A stretch of 64,000 bases of DNA from Eledone cirrhosa (taxonomy: Eukaryota), in NCBI GenBank assembly GCA_964016885.1, contig OZ024746.1, positions 94,736,001 to 94,800,000 of the forward strand. Reading direction: 5' to 3'. The translations under genes were made by a program, and so were the position numbers. The notes below the pieces were generated by a model, which saw nothing but the letters and a program-made list of their open reading frames with translations, was not told the origin of the DNA and ran no database searches. How positions within the stretch are numbered: position 1 is the stretch's first letter; every line of letters begins with the position of its first letter. Shown in pieces: positions 14,976-26,969 of the stretch.

Positions 14976-15184
14976 CACTGCTGTTTTCTTTCTCTTCCAC
15001 CCAGTTTTCACTAAAGTTGCACCTGTCGTATTGTGACTGTTACTTCCAACACACACGGTCACAGTAAGTAAATATATAAATAAAAACAAGTTTTGCGGTC
15101 CGCCAGTTACAGCGAACAAATATATACACGTATATATATAAATATATATATATATATAATATATATATATATAATATATATAGA

Positions 15185-15489
15185 TAATTGTTTCTACTTT
15201 TGGCACAAGGCCAGCAATTATCCAATAGATTACTGGTACTTTATTTTATCGACCCCGTAAGGATGAAAGGCAAAGTTAACCTCGGCGGGATTCGTACTCA
15301 GACCGTAAAGGGACGTAACTATGCTAGAAAGCCTGGCGTCCGACCCTCTACAGATACTCTACAGATACTGCCAATATAATATAATTGTTTCTACTTTAGG
15401 CACAAGGCCAGCAAATTATCCAGTGCATTACTGGTACTTTATTTTATCGACCCCGTAAGGATGAAAGGCAAAGTCAACCTCGGCGGGAA
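15185..15489 (-). mobile_element. Two SINE family A copies (one full, one 5'-truncated)
   Basis: Homologous to 12925-13113. Confidence 0.88.
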
Positions 15490-15918
15490 TATATATAAGT
15501 ATTGAAGTTTCCGTTGAAAATAGAAAAAGTCATAAGAGTGAAGAGTGCTCTATGTAAGTTACAGAGCTTGTATAATAAACAATACAATATAATTACCTCA
15601 TTACCAGAGGTTTCCCGAATAAGACCAATACAAGAAACGCCCTCATTCGTTCGTCATACAAGGCAATTTAAAACATAGTGAAATTTTTGCCCTCATGTAT
15701 TTACTTACGCACACATTTTTTCACTATACACATGCATTGTACATACACACATATGTACATTTGTAGGTGCATATACGCACATTTATACACATACCCTTAC
15801 TATATTTCCTTATTTTATTTTTATATATCTCTTGCATTACTTTTATTTATATTTTTTTTTTGCCCGTTAAACTTTTGCCTTTCTTGAGGAGATTTTTCAA
15901 AAATTTCACTATGTTTTA

Positions 15919-15996
15919 AATTGCCTTGTCTGACGAACGAATGACGACGTTTCTTGTATTCGTCTTATTCGGGAAACCTCTGGTAATGAGGTAATT
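15919..15996 (+). ncRNA. Complete type-I hammerhead ribozyme
   Basis: AATTGCCTTGT-CTGACGA-stem II (CGAATGA..TTATTCG)-GAAA-CC-tct-GG-TA-ATGAGGTAATT; 11-bp stem I with GU pairs, GUA site; inverted copy at 15591-15669 has C3 changed to A. Confidence 0.88.
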
Positions 15997-16019
15997 ATAT
16001 TGTATTGTGTATTATACAT

Positions 16020-16053
<34 letters not shown>

Positions 16054-16062
16054 TATATATAT

Positions 16063-16133
<71 letters not shown>

Positions 16134-16621
16134 TATATATATATTATATATAAATGTTATGCTATATATATATATATATAAATAAATGTGTGTGTGTGTG
16201 TGTGTGTGTTATATAGCATGAATGTATAACTTTTGTGAAATTTTGGAGAAGACACCTGCCAGTCATGCTGTTTGTTAGAGAAGGTAATGGTGGCGGTGAT
16301 GTGGTTGTCGTATTGATGGAGGTGGTGGTGGTGGTGATGGTGGTGGTGGTGGTGGTGGTGGTGGCTGTGGTAGTGGCTATGGTGCTGGTGGTAGTGGTGG
16401 CGGTAATGGCTATGGTGGCGGCGGCGATTGTGGTGTTGTTGTTTGTGGTTGTGTATGGTGTTGATGGTTGTTCTATGAATGTATTTGTGTAAGGTAGCCC
16501 TATGCTGTCTCTTTGTTTAACCCCAGGCCTTCCCCGGGCGAGCTGACCTATGATGAAAGTCCATTCCAACCACGACCAATCAGCCTATATTTCATCAATG
16601 GTATACTCGGATTTCCTTAAA

Positions 16622-16963
<342 letters not shown>

Positions 16964-17556
16964 TGTGTTTGAACAATAAAAACAAAAGTCAGGTGTAGGT
17001 AGATAGTTCATTGTTTTACGATCGTTTCTGAGTGTCGATTGATCGATGGAGATGGAGGTATCTACTAACATATTAATGGTTATGTTACTACCCATTCTCC
17101 GTCTCGAAAACCCTGTTCAATCGGCTGTCCTCCTCAGAAACACACACACATTTATATATATATATTTATATATATGTAAGTCCAAAGAATCATTAGATAA
17201 AATATATACAGTATTTCCTCTCCCAATCAGTATAAATTAACCAGATAAAAAAATCATTTAAACGAGGCTATAAGTTTAAAATGTACTTATGAAGAAATAA
17301 TAGACAAATGATACAGATTATTTTCCGCGATGTACAGCCATATGACACTTATCTAATTATTTCTTCTAGCCTGTAGAAATTGACTAGACAAATAGTTAAC
17401 TACACGGAATTAGGTACAAAATAGAACTTTGAAGAAAGAATGCACATAAATTTTACCAGAATTCTCTAATTCTTCATTGAGCCACACCGTGAATGGTTGC
17501 CAAACTCATATATGTATCTATGACTATGTCTAATTATATATATATATACCCTTTGA

Positions 17557-17602
<46 letters not shown>

Positions 17603-18025
17603 AATGTAATCTGAACCCTTCATTCTTGCTCTTGTGTTGGCATGGGAACAGAACTGCAGACACTAATGTTTCTGGGTATCACCCTTCATCAGTACATTTC
17701 ACTGTTCACCTGCCAAACTGTCAGAGCTAGTGAAAATATATGCTATTTTTCTAAAATACTCAGTGACTGATCGGCCTGATTTGCTTATTAGCAGACTGGC
17801 TGATCAGTCAGATCTGCATATTAGCAGATCCACTGATCAGCCAGATGTGCATATCAGAAGACTGGCCAATCAGTTTCCTGTATACGAGCGATAAATGACC
17901 GACTTTGCTACATTCAAATAAAAAAAATTTTTAAAGAATTTTCGCTCTACATGGCTGAATACAATGAATGTAATCAGAGTTTTTCGAATATTAATAATTA
18001 CAATCGATTCGTTACAAACAACCCT

Positions 18026-18078
<53 letters not shown>

Positions 18079-18110
18079 TCGTTAACAATCGATTCGTTAC
18101 AAACAAGCCT

Positions 18111-18147
<37 letters not shown>

Positions 18148-18484
18148 TATATATACTATATATAGAGTTATAAACTCAAACAGTCTTTTACAATTAAATA
18201 GCTCAAAGAAAGAGATATTTCTGAGCCGTGAAATACAAATTAATATAAATTAATATATGATAAACACTAATACAAGTATATAAGTGTTTGTATTGCAAAT
18301 GACCAAGTTAGCTAGATTGAAAAATACTAATTAAATTAATACAGTTTGCCTGTCTCGATTTAAAATAATAAATCAATAAAAACAAACCCATATTGGCAAT
18401 TGGTCATTTGCAATACAAACACTTATATGCTTGTATTAGTGTTTATCATATATTAATTTATATTAATTTGTATATATATATATA

Positions 18485-18602
<118 letters not shown>

Positions 18603-18633
18603 TATATATACTATATATATATATATATATATA

Positions 18634-18693
<60 letters not shown>

Positions 18694-19243
18694 TTACAAT
18701 TCAATCTATACACGTTTAGCAGAACATTGAACCGAACTTACTTGCGTGTGTATAGGGTTGCGGTTGACCCAATGTTTTCCAATTTACATCGTCAAATTGA
18801 GATTTGACCAATATAACATTTGTTGTCTTTGTAAACTAACTTTCGGTGAATACTATGTTGGTATATTTTTTATTTTTTATTTAACCTTGTGTCGGTGTGT
18901 GTGAGTGTGTGTGTGTGTACACACTCACACTAACTGTGGCCGTCTATAGTTCTACAGATTTGATGGTGTGTTGGTATGTGTATATATTTTTTTTCTTTGA
19001 CCTCGCGTCATGTATGTGTGAGTGTGTGTGTACCCACTCACATTAACTGTGACCGACTGTAATTCTACAGATTTGATTGATGTCCAGCGTTTTTTACAGC
19101 TATTGGGAGATAGAGACTTGATAGTTTTATGACCCTAACTGAGGACGATAGGAGTCGCCGTGTTCTGACTGCTTGATCTTCATATGAGGGACTAAACACC
19201 GTTAATTTTCTCCCTCATATCAATGATTTGAAGACAATTCATT

Positions 19244-19319
19244 TTCACCTGACGAGTTCAGTGATAATCGATCATGGCTACACGATCGATCTATCTCTTA
19301 TTGAAATATATGTCGTGAT
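19244..19319 (+). ncRNA. Type-I hammerhead-like motif
   Basis: TCAC-CTGACGA-..ATCGATC..GATCGAT..-GAAA-TATATG-TC-GTGA; GUC site; base of stem II is imperfect. Confidence 0.6.
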
Positions 19320-19718
19320 TAACATGATTGGAAATTTATACCATGCCTTCGGGTCTTTATTTTGATATATATATATATATATATATTTCTGAGAAGCACA
19401 GCCGATTTAAACTGTTGCCACCACTGTTGGTCAAAACTAACAGAAAACGAAAGAAAATTACAGGCCTAAATGTGAACTTTCCTCCCTAAATATGTATGTA
19501 AAAACTAAAAAAGAATTTTTTTCTCCATTTTATTATTATTCGTATGAAATTCAATTGCTCTATACACTTCCGTCGTTGAAAAAGCATATAAAGCTGAAAC
19601 CGGTACAATTAAATGCGGAAATTCCTACTTTGTAAATAAATGTTTTGATGTTATACTGGAAAAATCTCTCTAGCATTTTCTACTGTATTTTTTCCTTTTT
19701 ACTATTTGTTATATATAT

Positions 19719-19870
19719 AGGCGCATGGCTTAGTGGTTAGAGCATTGGGCTTGCAATCGTAAGGTTGTGACTTCAATTCTCGGATCGGGTGATGTGTTGT
19801 TTCCTTGAGCAAGACACTTTATTTCACGTTGCTCCAGTTTACTCAGTTGTAGAAATGAGTACCAGCCTGA
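19719..19870 (+). mobile_element. SINE family B copy
   Basis: Homologous to 5553-5700. Confidence 0.75.
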
Positions 19871-20746
19871 AACCCAGCCAGTGAGATGGCGTTATTTTAT
19901 GGCTAAAACAGCACGACGTGCTGTGACCAGCGGCGCCATTTGGCGCCCGACAGACTGGCCGGTCAAGGTGATCAAGGTGATATATATATAAAGAGAGAGG
20001 GAGAGGGAAGAGAGAGAGAGAGCATGTAGTGTGTGGATTAGACGGTGAATTGGCGGAATCGTTTAGGCGTCGAACTGAAAATGATTCGGTATTTGTTCTG
20101 GCTGTCTGCGCTCTGAGTTCATATCCCACGAAGGTCAACTTTATCCTTTCGGGGTTAATAAACAAAAGAACAAGTCCGGTCGATTCTCTCTTCCGTTTCT
20201 GCAAGAAATTGGCTGTGGCCTGACCTTGAGAAGGATGGGTTCTGCCAGGTTTAAAATGCTCGGCGTTCTCAAGACTCCATCAAGAATTAAAGGGCCTTTT
20301 ACAACTGTATGGATTGATGGAGACTTCGGTGCTGTTTCTAGTAGGTCAAGAGTTGTGTAAAGGATCCGTCGTTGATGATGATGATGATGGTGGTGGGGGG
20401 GGGGTCGTCGTCGTCGTAAACAAGTTAGTAATGAGATGAGGTTAACTTTGCCTTTCATCCTTATGGGGTGGATAAAATAAAGTACCAGTATTACACTGGG
20501 TAATTGCTGGCCTTGTGCCAAAAGTAGAAACAATTATTAATAGTGGTGATGGTGATCGTCGTCGTCGTCGTTGTCGTAAACAAGTTAGTAATGAGATTTA
20601 TCCATATTATTAGTAGTGGTAGTGGTGGTGGTGGTTTTAGTTTTGTTATTGTTGTGGTGGTAGTTATTTTGATGTTGTTGTTGTTGTTGGTGGTGGTTCT
20701 GGTGGTGGTTTTGTTGTTGTTGTTGCTGCTGCTGCTGCTGCTGCTG

Positions 20747-20778
<32 letters not shown>

Positions 20779-21098
20779 GGTTGGTTTTGATGTTGTTGCA
20801 GTTTATCCCTATTTCTGCCTCGTTTGAACTGATTTAGGATCAAAATATTCCAAACGTTACCATCCTGACTATATAAAATCATGTCAACATCAGGTGTGAC
20901 CTTTCTTCAACTCTAACTGGCAAGATGCGATTTGAGTCAATTTGACTACTATTCCGTACAGGTCAAGAGACCACCCATGTTTTCACGTGGTGTTGTTTGT
21001 GGTTAGGGTTAGGTGGTGGTATGTCAGTGGAATATCCACCGGTTTGGTAATAGAAACTTGGCTGCTATTTCTAGTAAATCAAGCGTCATATGAAATCT

Positions 21099-22222
21099 CA
21101 CGTTGATGGTGGCGTAACGGCCCTGGCGTTGATGTTGGCGTAACGGCTCTGACGTTGATGGTAGCGTAACAACTCTGACGTGAGTGGTGGTGTGACGGTT
21201 GACCTTGGTGCTACTGCGACAGCTTTGACGTTGGTGGTGGTGTGATGGCTTTGATGTTGATGGTGGTGTGATGGCTTTGATGTTGATGGTGGTGTAACGG
21301 CTCTGACGTTGGTGGTGGTGTGACGGCTCTGACATTGATGGTGGTGTGACGGCTCTGACGTTGATGGTGGTGTGACGGCTCTGACGTTGGTGGTGGTGTG
21401 ACGGCTCTGACGTTGATGGTGGTGTGACGGCTCTGACGTTGATGGTGGTGTGACGGCTCTGACGTTGATGGTGGTGTGACAGCTCTGATGTTGATGGTGG
21501 TGTGACAGCTCTGACATTGATGGTGGTGTGACGGCTCTGACGTTGATGGTGGTGTGACGGCTCTGACGTTGATGGTGGTGTGACGGCTATTGTTTATGGT
21601 GGTGTAACGGCTCTGATGTTGATGGTGGTGTGACAGCTCTGATGTTGATGGTGGTGTGACAGCTATTGTTTATGGTGGTGTGACGGCTCTGACGTTGATG
21701 GTGGTGTGACGGCTATTGTTTATGGTGGTGTGACGGCTCTGACGTTGATGGTGGTGTGACGGCTCTGATGTTGATGGTGGTGTGACAGCTATTGTTTATG
21801 GGGGTGTAACGGCTCTGATGTTGATGGTGGTGTGACGGCTCTGGTGTTGATGGTGGTGTAACGGCTCTGACGTTGATGGTGGTGTGACGGCTCTGACGTT
21901 GATGTTGTGTAACGGTTCTGACGTTGATGGTGGTGTGACAGCTATTGTTTATGGTGGTGTGACAGCTCTGATGTTGATGGTGGTGTGACGGCTCTGATGT
22001 TGATGGTGGTGTAACAGCTCTGATGTTGATGGTGGTGTGACAGCTCTGACGTTGATGGTGGTGTGACGGCTCTGACGTTTATGGTGGTGTGACAGCTCTG
22101 ATGTTGATGGTGGTGTGACAGCTATTGTTTATGGTGGTGTGACAGCTCTGATGTTGATGGTGGTGTGACAGCTATTGTTTATGGTGGTGTAACGGCTCTG
22201 AGGTTGGTGGTGGTGTGACGGC
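21099..22222. repeat. 26-bp minisatellite GACGTTGATGGTGGTGTGACGGCTCT, about 43 units, with a 24-bp variant
   Basis: Seen directly. Confidence 0.95.
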
Positions 22223-23114
22223 ACTATAGATGGTGGTGGCATAACGACTGTTATTGGTTCTGGTGTGCCTGGAATTGTTATTGTGGTAGGTAATGGTTGT
22301 GGTGGGCGACGGTTTATAAGGTTCTAAATCCAAGTAAAAACGATCAGTCTTACTCAGAAAGTAAATATTTGGTCCCAATGGAATGGACATCCGTCGGTGT
22401 CGACGATGCGTGTTCCAATTATTCGGTCACTGGAACAACCTGCTCATGCAAGTGACTGATCATTCGGTAGATACGTTACCTATAATGTAACTCAGAGGGA
22501 GAGTCAGTATATCACGGTGGACCTTTCAATTACAGCAATGGTTCCCAAACTTTTCCAAATTTTTTTCTCGGCGGTACCCTTACCATTTTTTGGATGCCTC
22601 GCGGTCCCCTATCATATTATGGCAGCATTTCCAAAATTTTTCAAAGACAAACTTTTATGAAATTGATTTAGACAGTACTATCTTTGAAAGTGTTTCTAAT
22701 TATTTCGTGTTGATCACTAACTTTTGTCCTCTATCGGAAAAATAATTTAATTTCACTGGGTCTATAACAAGAATGATTAAGAGAAGTGAGGAGCGTAGGT
22801 GGTAGAACATGGCGGCAAGGACGGTAAGAGCAAGAAAGGCAGGTATGACAAGCTTGCCCGGGTGACCAGAGAATTGAATTAGTTCAGTGCTTCTCAAACC
22901 TTTTCTTAACAAGGACTTTATTTATTTAAATGAATTTTCCCACGGACCCCAGACTTTTGAAATGTTTGTCTATTCACTATTAAATAACAACAAACTTGTT
23001 TTTCAAGTCTTTTTTTTTTTTTTTTACTTTCGAACATTCATTTATATCTTTATCGGTCTTATCATTATCTAATTCTATACTTTACACTGAATGCATGCAG
23101 CACGTTCAGCTGGT

Positions 23115-23367
23115 GCTTATCTCGGTTTCATTGCATGAAACGACTGAGAGTACAAGAGCCTCTCCCCACCCCATCCCTGGACAGGACGCCAGTCCATCGC
23201 AAGGTTAAACCTCCAGCTATTGCTGGTACTCATTTTCAGCTGAATATACTGGAGCAACGTGAAATGAAGTGCTTTGTTCAAGAACACAACACACAACCCA
23301 GCCACGGAATTGAACCATTGACTTTATGATCATAAGTTCAACACCCTTACCACTAGGCCACGTGCCT
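23115..23367 (-). mobile_element. SINE family B variant with a different 3' part
   Basis: tRNA-like head and CORE-like block, followed by GCGATGGACTGGCGTCCTGTCCAGGG. Confidence 0.7.
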
Positions 23368-23519
23368 CTTGAAATTTTAAACTAAACCATAAATGGCCGG
23401 TAATACGTCTGAGGGCTCACAAGGATTCACAGACCGCAGGAGTACGCAGACCAAAAGCTGAAAATTAGATCAAGCTGGTTCAGAGGAGCAGAGACCCTTT
23501 GTCTTATATGAGAGCTCTA

Positions 23520-23960
23520 ATTTTAACAAAAGGCCAGACGGTATGACCATCTTCCCGTTCCGCGGTGGTACTAAAACCCCTCGTCTGCGATGCCACTTGC
23601 AGCGACACTTTCTCCAGCCGCAGCCTAGTGCAGTCTGCGACTAACCCAGGTTCTGCTGCACATCAGGCAGAGGAGGGAAAACTCTCCAAGTACCAGTCGC
23701 TCTCCGACAGGTTTGCAGGTGTGCCCTTCGCAGTGGAGACTTCTGGTGGCCTTGGCCCTAGGGGATACCTCCCTACTCACCACCATAGGCGCTGAGCTGG
23801 CCAGCCGCTGGTGTGAGCCTCGCGAGATGGAATGGCTCTTCCAACGCATCACCCTTACCATCCTCCGGGGAAACGCCTTCTCCATTCTGTCCGCCGGGGC
23901 TGTGGGGTGGCCAGCATGTGGGACCCCATTTGCTCCTCATACAGAGAGATGGTGGCGATG
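23520..23960 (+). mobile_element. CRE-clade non-LTR retrotransposon 3' fragment (restriction-like endonuclease)
   Basis: RPDGMT..DATC..AEEGKLSKY..FAVETSGGLG..LFQRITLTILRGNAFSI across frameshifts. Confidence 0.8.
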
Positions 23961-24606
23961 ACAGTTTAACTATATTATCATTCAGACTGTTATAATAGTC
24001 GGCCTCTGTAGGAGCGTTTTGAATTATTTACTTTTCTGAGTCAGTTTATATATATATATATCAAGAATATTAATAAATGGAAAATATCTTTATAAAACCA
24101 TATTTATTTTATAAAGATATTTTCCATTTATTAATATTCTTAATATAAATGATACTCCAGATAAAACTGTAGAGTGCTTCTAATCTGTTGTAAAATTATC
24201 CTTGTTTAATAATCAACAAACCATATAACTCATTGTTTATATTTATATATATATATATATAAATATAGTCCTGACTCTTTTCCTATCACCTACTCTACTA
24301 CCCTAAGTATCGAGTTCTCTGGTGCGTTATGGTCCATCTAGTATCTTACCACACCTTCTTTGTTACATACATATATACATGTAGGAACACATACGTTTAT
24401 TATTATTCTCCCCAACGGTAGAGAAACCTTTGGTCATTTGAACAGCTGCTATTTTTAGTAGCAAGAGATTGACCTGTCCATCTTGCTTTCAGTCTTTGCA
24501 CACGGTACTAGACAAAATTGTTTCATCATTCATTTGCTGGGGCAGTTTTGTATGGCGCCAGTTTATAATTTGAACTCGGGAATTTTATATTCTCCGAGGG
24601 AGAAAA

Positions 24607-24688
24607 GCCTTCTTGCGAGGATCTCTTTCTCAATGGAAATCCGCTTGGATTATCTATTTATTTGGGGATCTGAAACCGCGGTAAAGGC
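24607..24688 (+). ncRNA. Hammerhead with degenerate core
   Basis: GCCTT-CTTGCGA-GGATCTCT..GGGGATCT-GAAA-CCGCGG-TA-AAGGC; the 3' half recurs at 41403-41620 (minus). Confidence 0.65.
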
Positions 24689-25277
24689 ACATATAGTAAG
24701 TACAGTGAATTTTTTTTAGTTTATTTTAAAATTTTTTCTTTATTTGCTTTCCCTTGATTTTATATATGTATGTATATATATTTCACTCACCCCCTCTGCT
24801 AGTCATCCTCTCTCGGCTAGCCTCTTCCTCGCACTTTCACTCACTCACTCTCTGCTACCCACCCTCTCTCTCACTCCCTCCATCGTCCAACTCTGAACGC
24901 GGTCTTTCTTCTCGCTCACACCCGTACGGACAAGTCTTGTCTTTTTCTTCTCGTCAAAATTTGCCCGTTCTTATGTTCGAAATGAATTATTGACTTCATT
25001 TTTTCATTTTTTCCTCTCTTTACGTTGCTTCACCCATCGTGTCTCTTCACATGTCTTTCTCTTTCTCCACTCACATCTTTTTATCCCAATAACTTACTTT
25101 AGTTATTGTATCGCCCTAGGTGGAGGTATATTGTCTCTAACGCGAAGAAATACCTATGATGGCTAGTAGACAACTGATGATGGATAATCCTAACTTCTAT
25201 TTCTAATTTTTGATTTTTCATTATACTTATTTGCAACAACACAGCTCGCCATTTTTGATTTATATATATATATATAT

Positions 25278-25352
<75 letters not shown>

Positions 25353-26471
25353 CAAAGCCAGGCATTTGTGTGATGGAACTGTCGATGATATCGACCCAGT
25401 TATAAGACTTGTATTTATTTTCGTGACACCGGAAGGATGAAGGGCAAAGTAAATCTGGTCGTACTTAGTCTCAGAATGTGAAAGAACTGTATTTAATACA
25501 ATATTTAATATTGTATTTAATATCCATCCCTCCACCAACTCAGTTAATCCATCACCCTCGTTTAGGGGAGCCTCTATATCAGACATGTCAAACCGAGGGT
25601 TCCCCGAGAGCCACATGGGTCACATATGTGTTGTCTGAGGACCAGACACGACAACTAATTGCACACATTACAACTAATTTATTTATTTATTTTACATTAA
25701 GAAAGTAAAACATGCTCACGCTGTAAAACCTTGGTGCGGGCAGCAGGTGTGCTCGTAAAGGGTTGCATGCAACCCGCACGCCGCATATTTGACATGCCGG
25801 TTCTATATAGTCTCATGATCTGCTAAAAATGTCAACAAAATCTCCTTAAATCAGACACCACCGTTTTGAAACTGAATAATGTAGCCTTAGGTACATTATT
25901 GAATAATTTAACAACAGAAACATTATTGACTGTGAATAAGATACATTACTAGACACATTATTAAACCAGGTTGTCCTTGGGACGTTGAAAAATCTTGTCC
26001 TAGATACATTATTAAATGATGTTGTCCTAGATATGTGATTAAATGATGTAGTCCGAGATACGTTAGTTAATAATGTATCCCAGACACGTTATCGAATAAT
26101 GTAGACCTAGATATTCTATTAATAATGTAGCCATAGATACATTGTTGCATAATGTAGGCGTATATCAATTATTCTTGAAAACAAACATTGTTGGAGAGCC
26201 ATGAACCAAGGGTCTGATCAATAAAGGTGGGCTGGGGATGAACAACTAAAAGTAGTAATGCGCACAAATGTGTGTGTATGTATGGGGCGGGGGTGCAGCT
26301 CAAATGATGAATATATCTATATATGTACGTATGCATTTACGAATGTATATAGCAGTTTATATATATATATATATTGCATATATATATATATATTGCATAT
26401 ATATATTGTGTACATATATGTATATATATATATATATTGCATATATATATATTGTATATATATATATATAT

Positions 26472-26910
26472 TCATCATCATCAGGTCGAGCTTGCTCGGC
26501 TTTCTACGACACGCTTCCTCCATCCATTTCTGTCTCTCCTAGCATTTGCCAGTTCTTCCGCAGTGCATCCAGTATCGTCCTCAAGTTGCTTGACGTATGT
26601 CTTCTTGGGACGACCAGCGTTTCTTGCTCCATGAGATGGACTCCATAACAACACATCAGCTGCTATTTCTTCCTTGCTGCGCCAACAGTGGCCAGCAAAT
26701 GTGAGTCTCTGTCCACGTATTGACCTGGAAAAAATATGGAAATCAAACCTGCCGGCCAAACTGAAAAGGAATTTCTTCAGAGCTGCTGTGGAATCTGTGC
26801 TTGTTTATGGCTCTATCACTTGGACGCTAACGTCGAAACTGGAGAAAATCTAGACGGGGCATACACACGTATGCTCCGTGCTGCTTTAAACGTGTCTTGG
26901 AGGGAACACC

Positions 26911-26917
<7 letters not shown>
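26472..26917 (-). mobile_element. RTE-group LINE 3' fragment with 5' inversion
   Basis: Minus: QRLTFAGHCWR..GRPKKTY..DRNGWR plus a (GAT)n tail. Plus 26730-26917: ESVLVYGSITWTL..LDGAYTRMLRAALNVSW. Confidence 0.85.
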
Positions 26918-26964
<47 letters not shown>

Positions 26965-26969
26965 CGCGT

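Noticed and set aside
22533-22960. hAT-type MITE ends (CAG..GTTCCCAAAC, CAGTGCTTCTCAAAC; also near 25790 and 42992)
   Set aside because: Only single ends were recognisable; paired TIRs and 8-bp TSDs could not be established.
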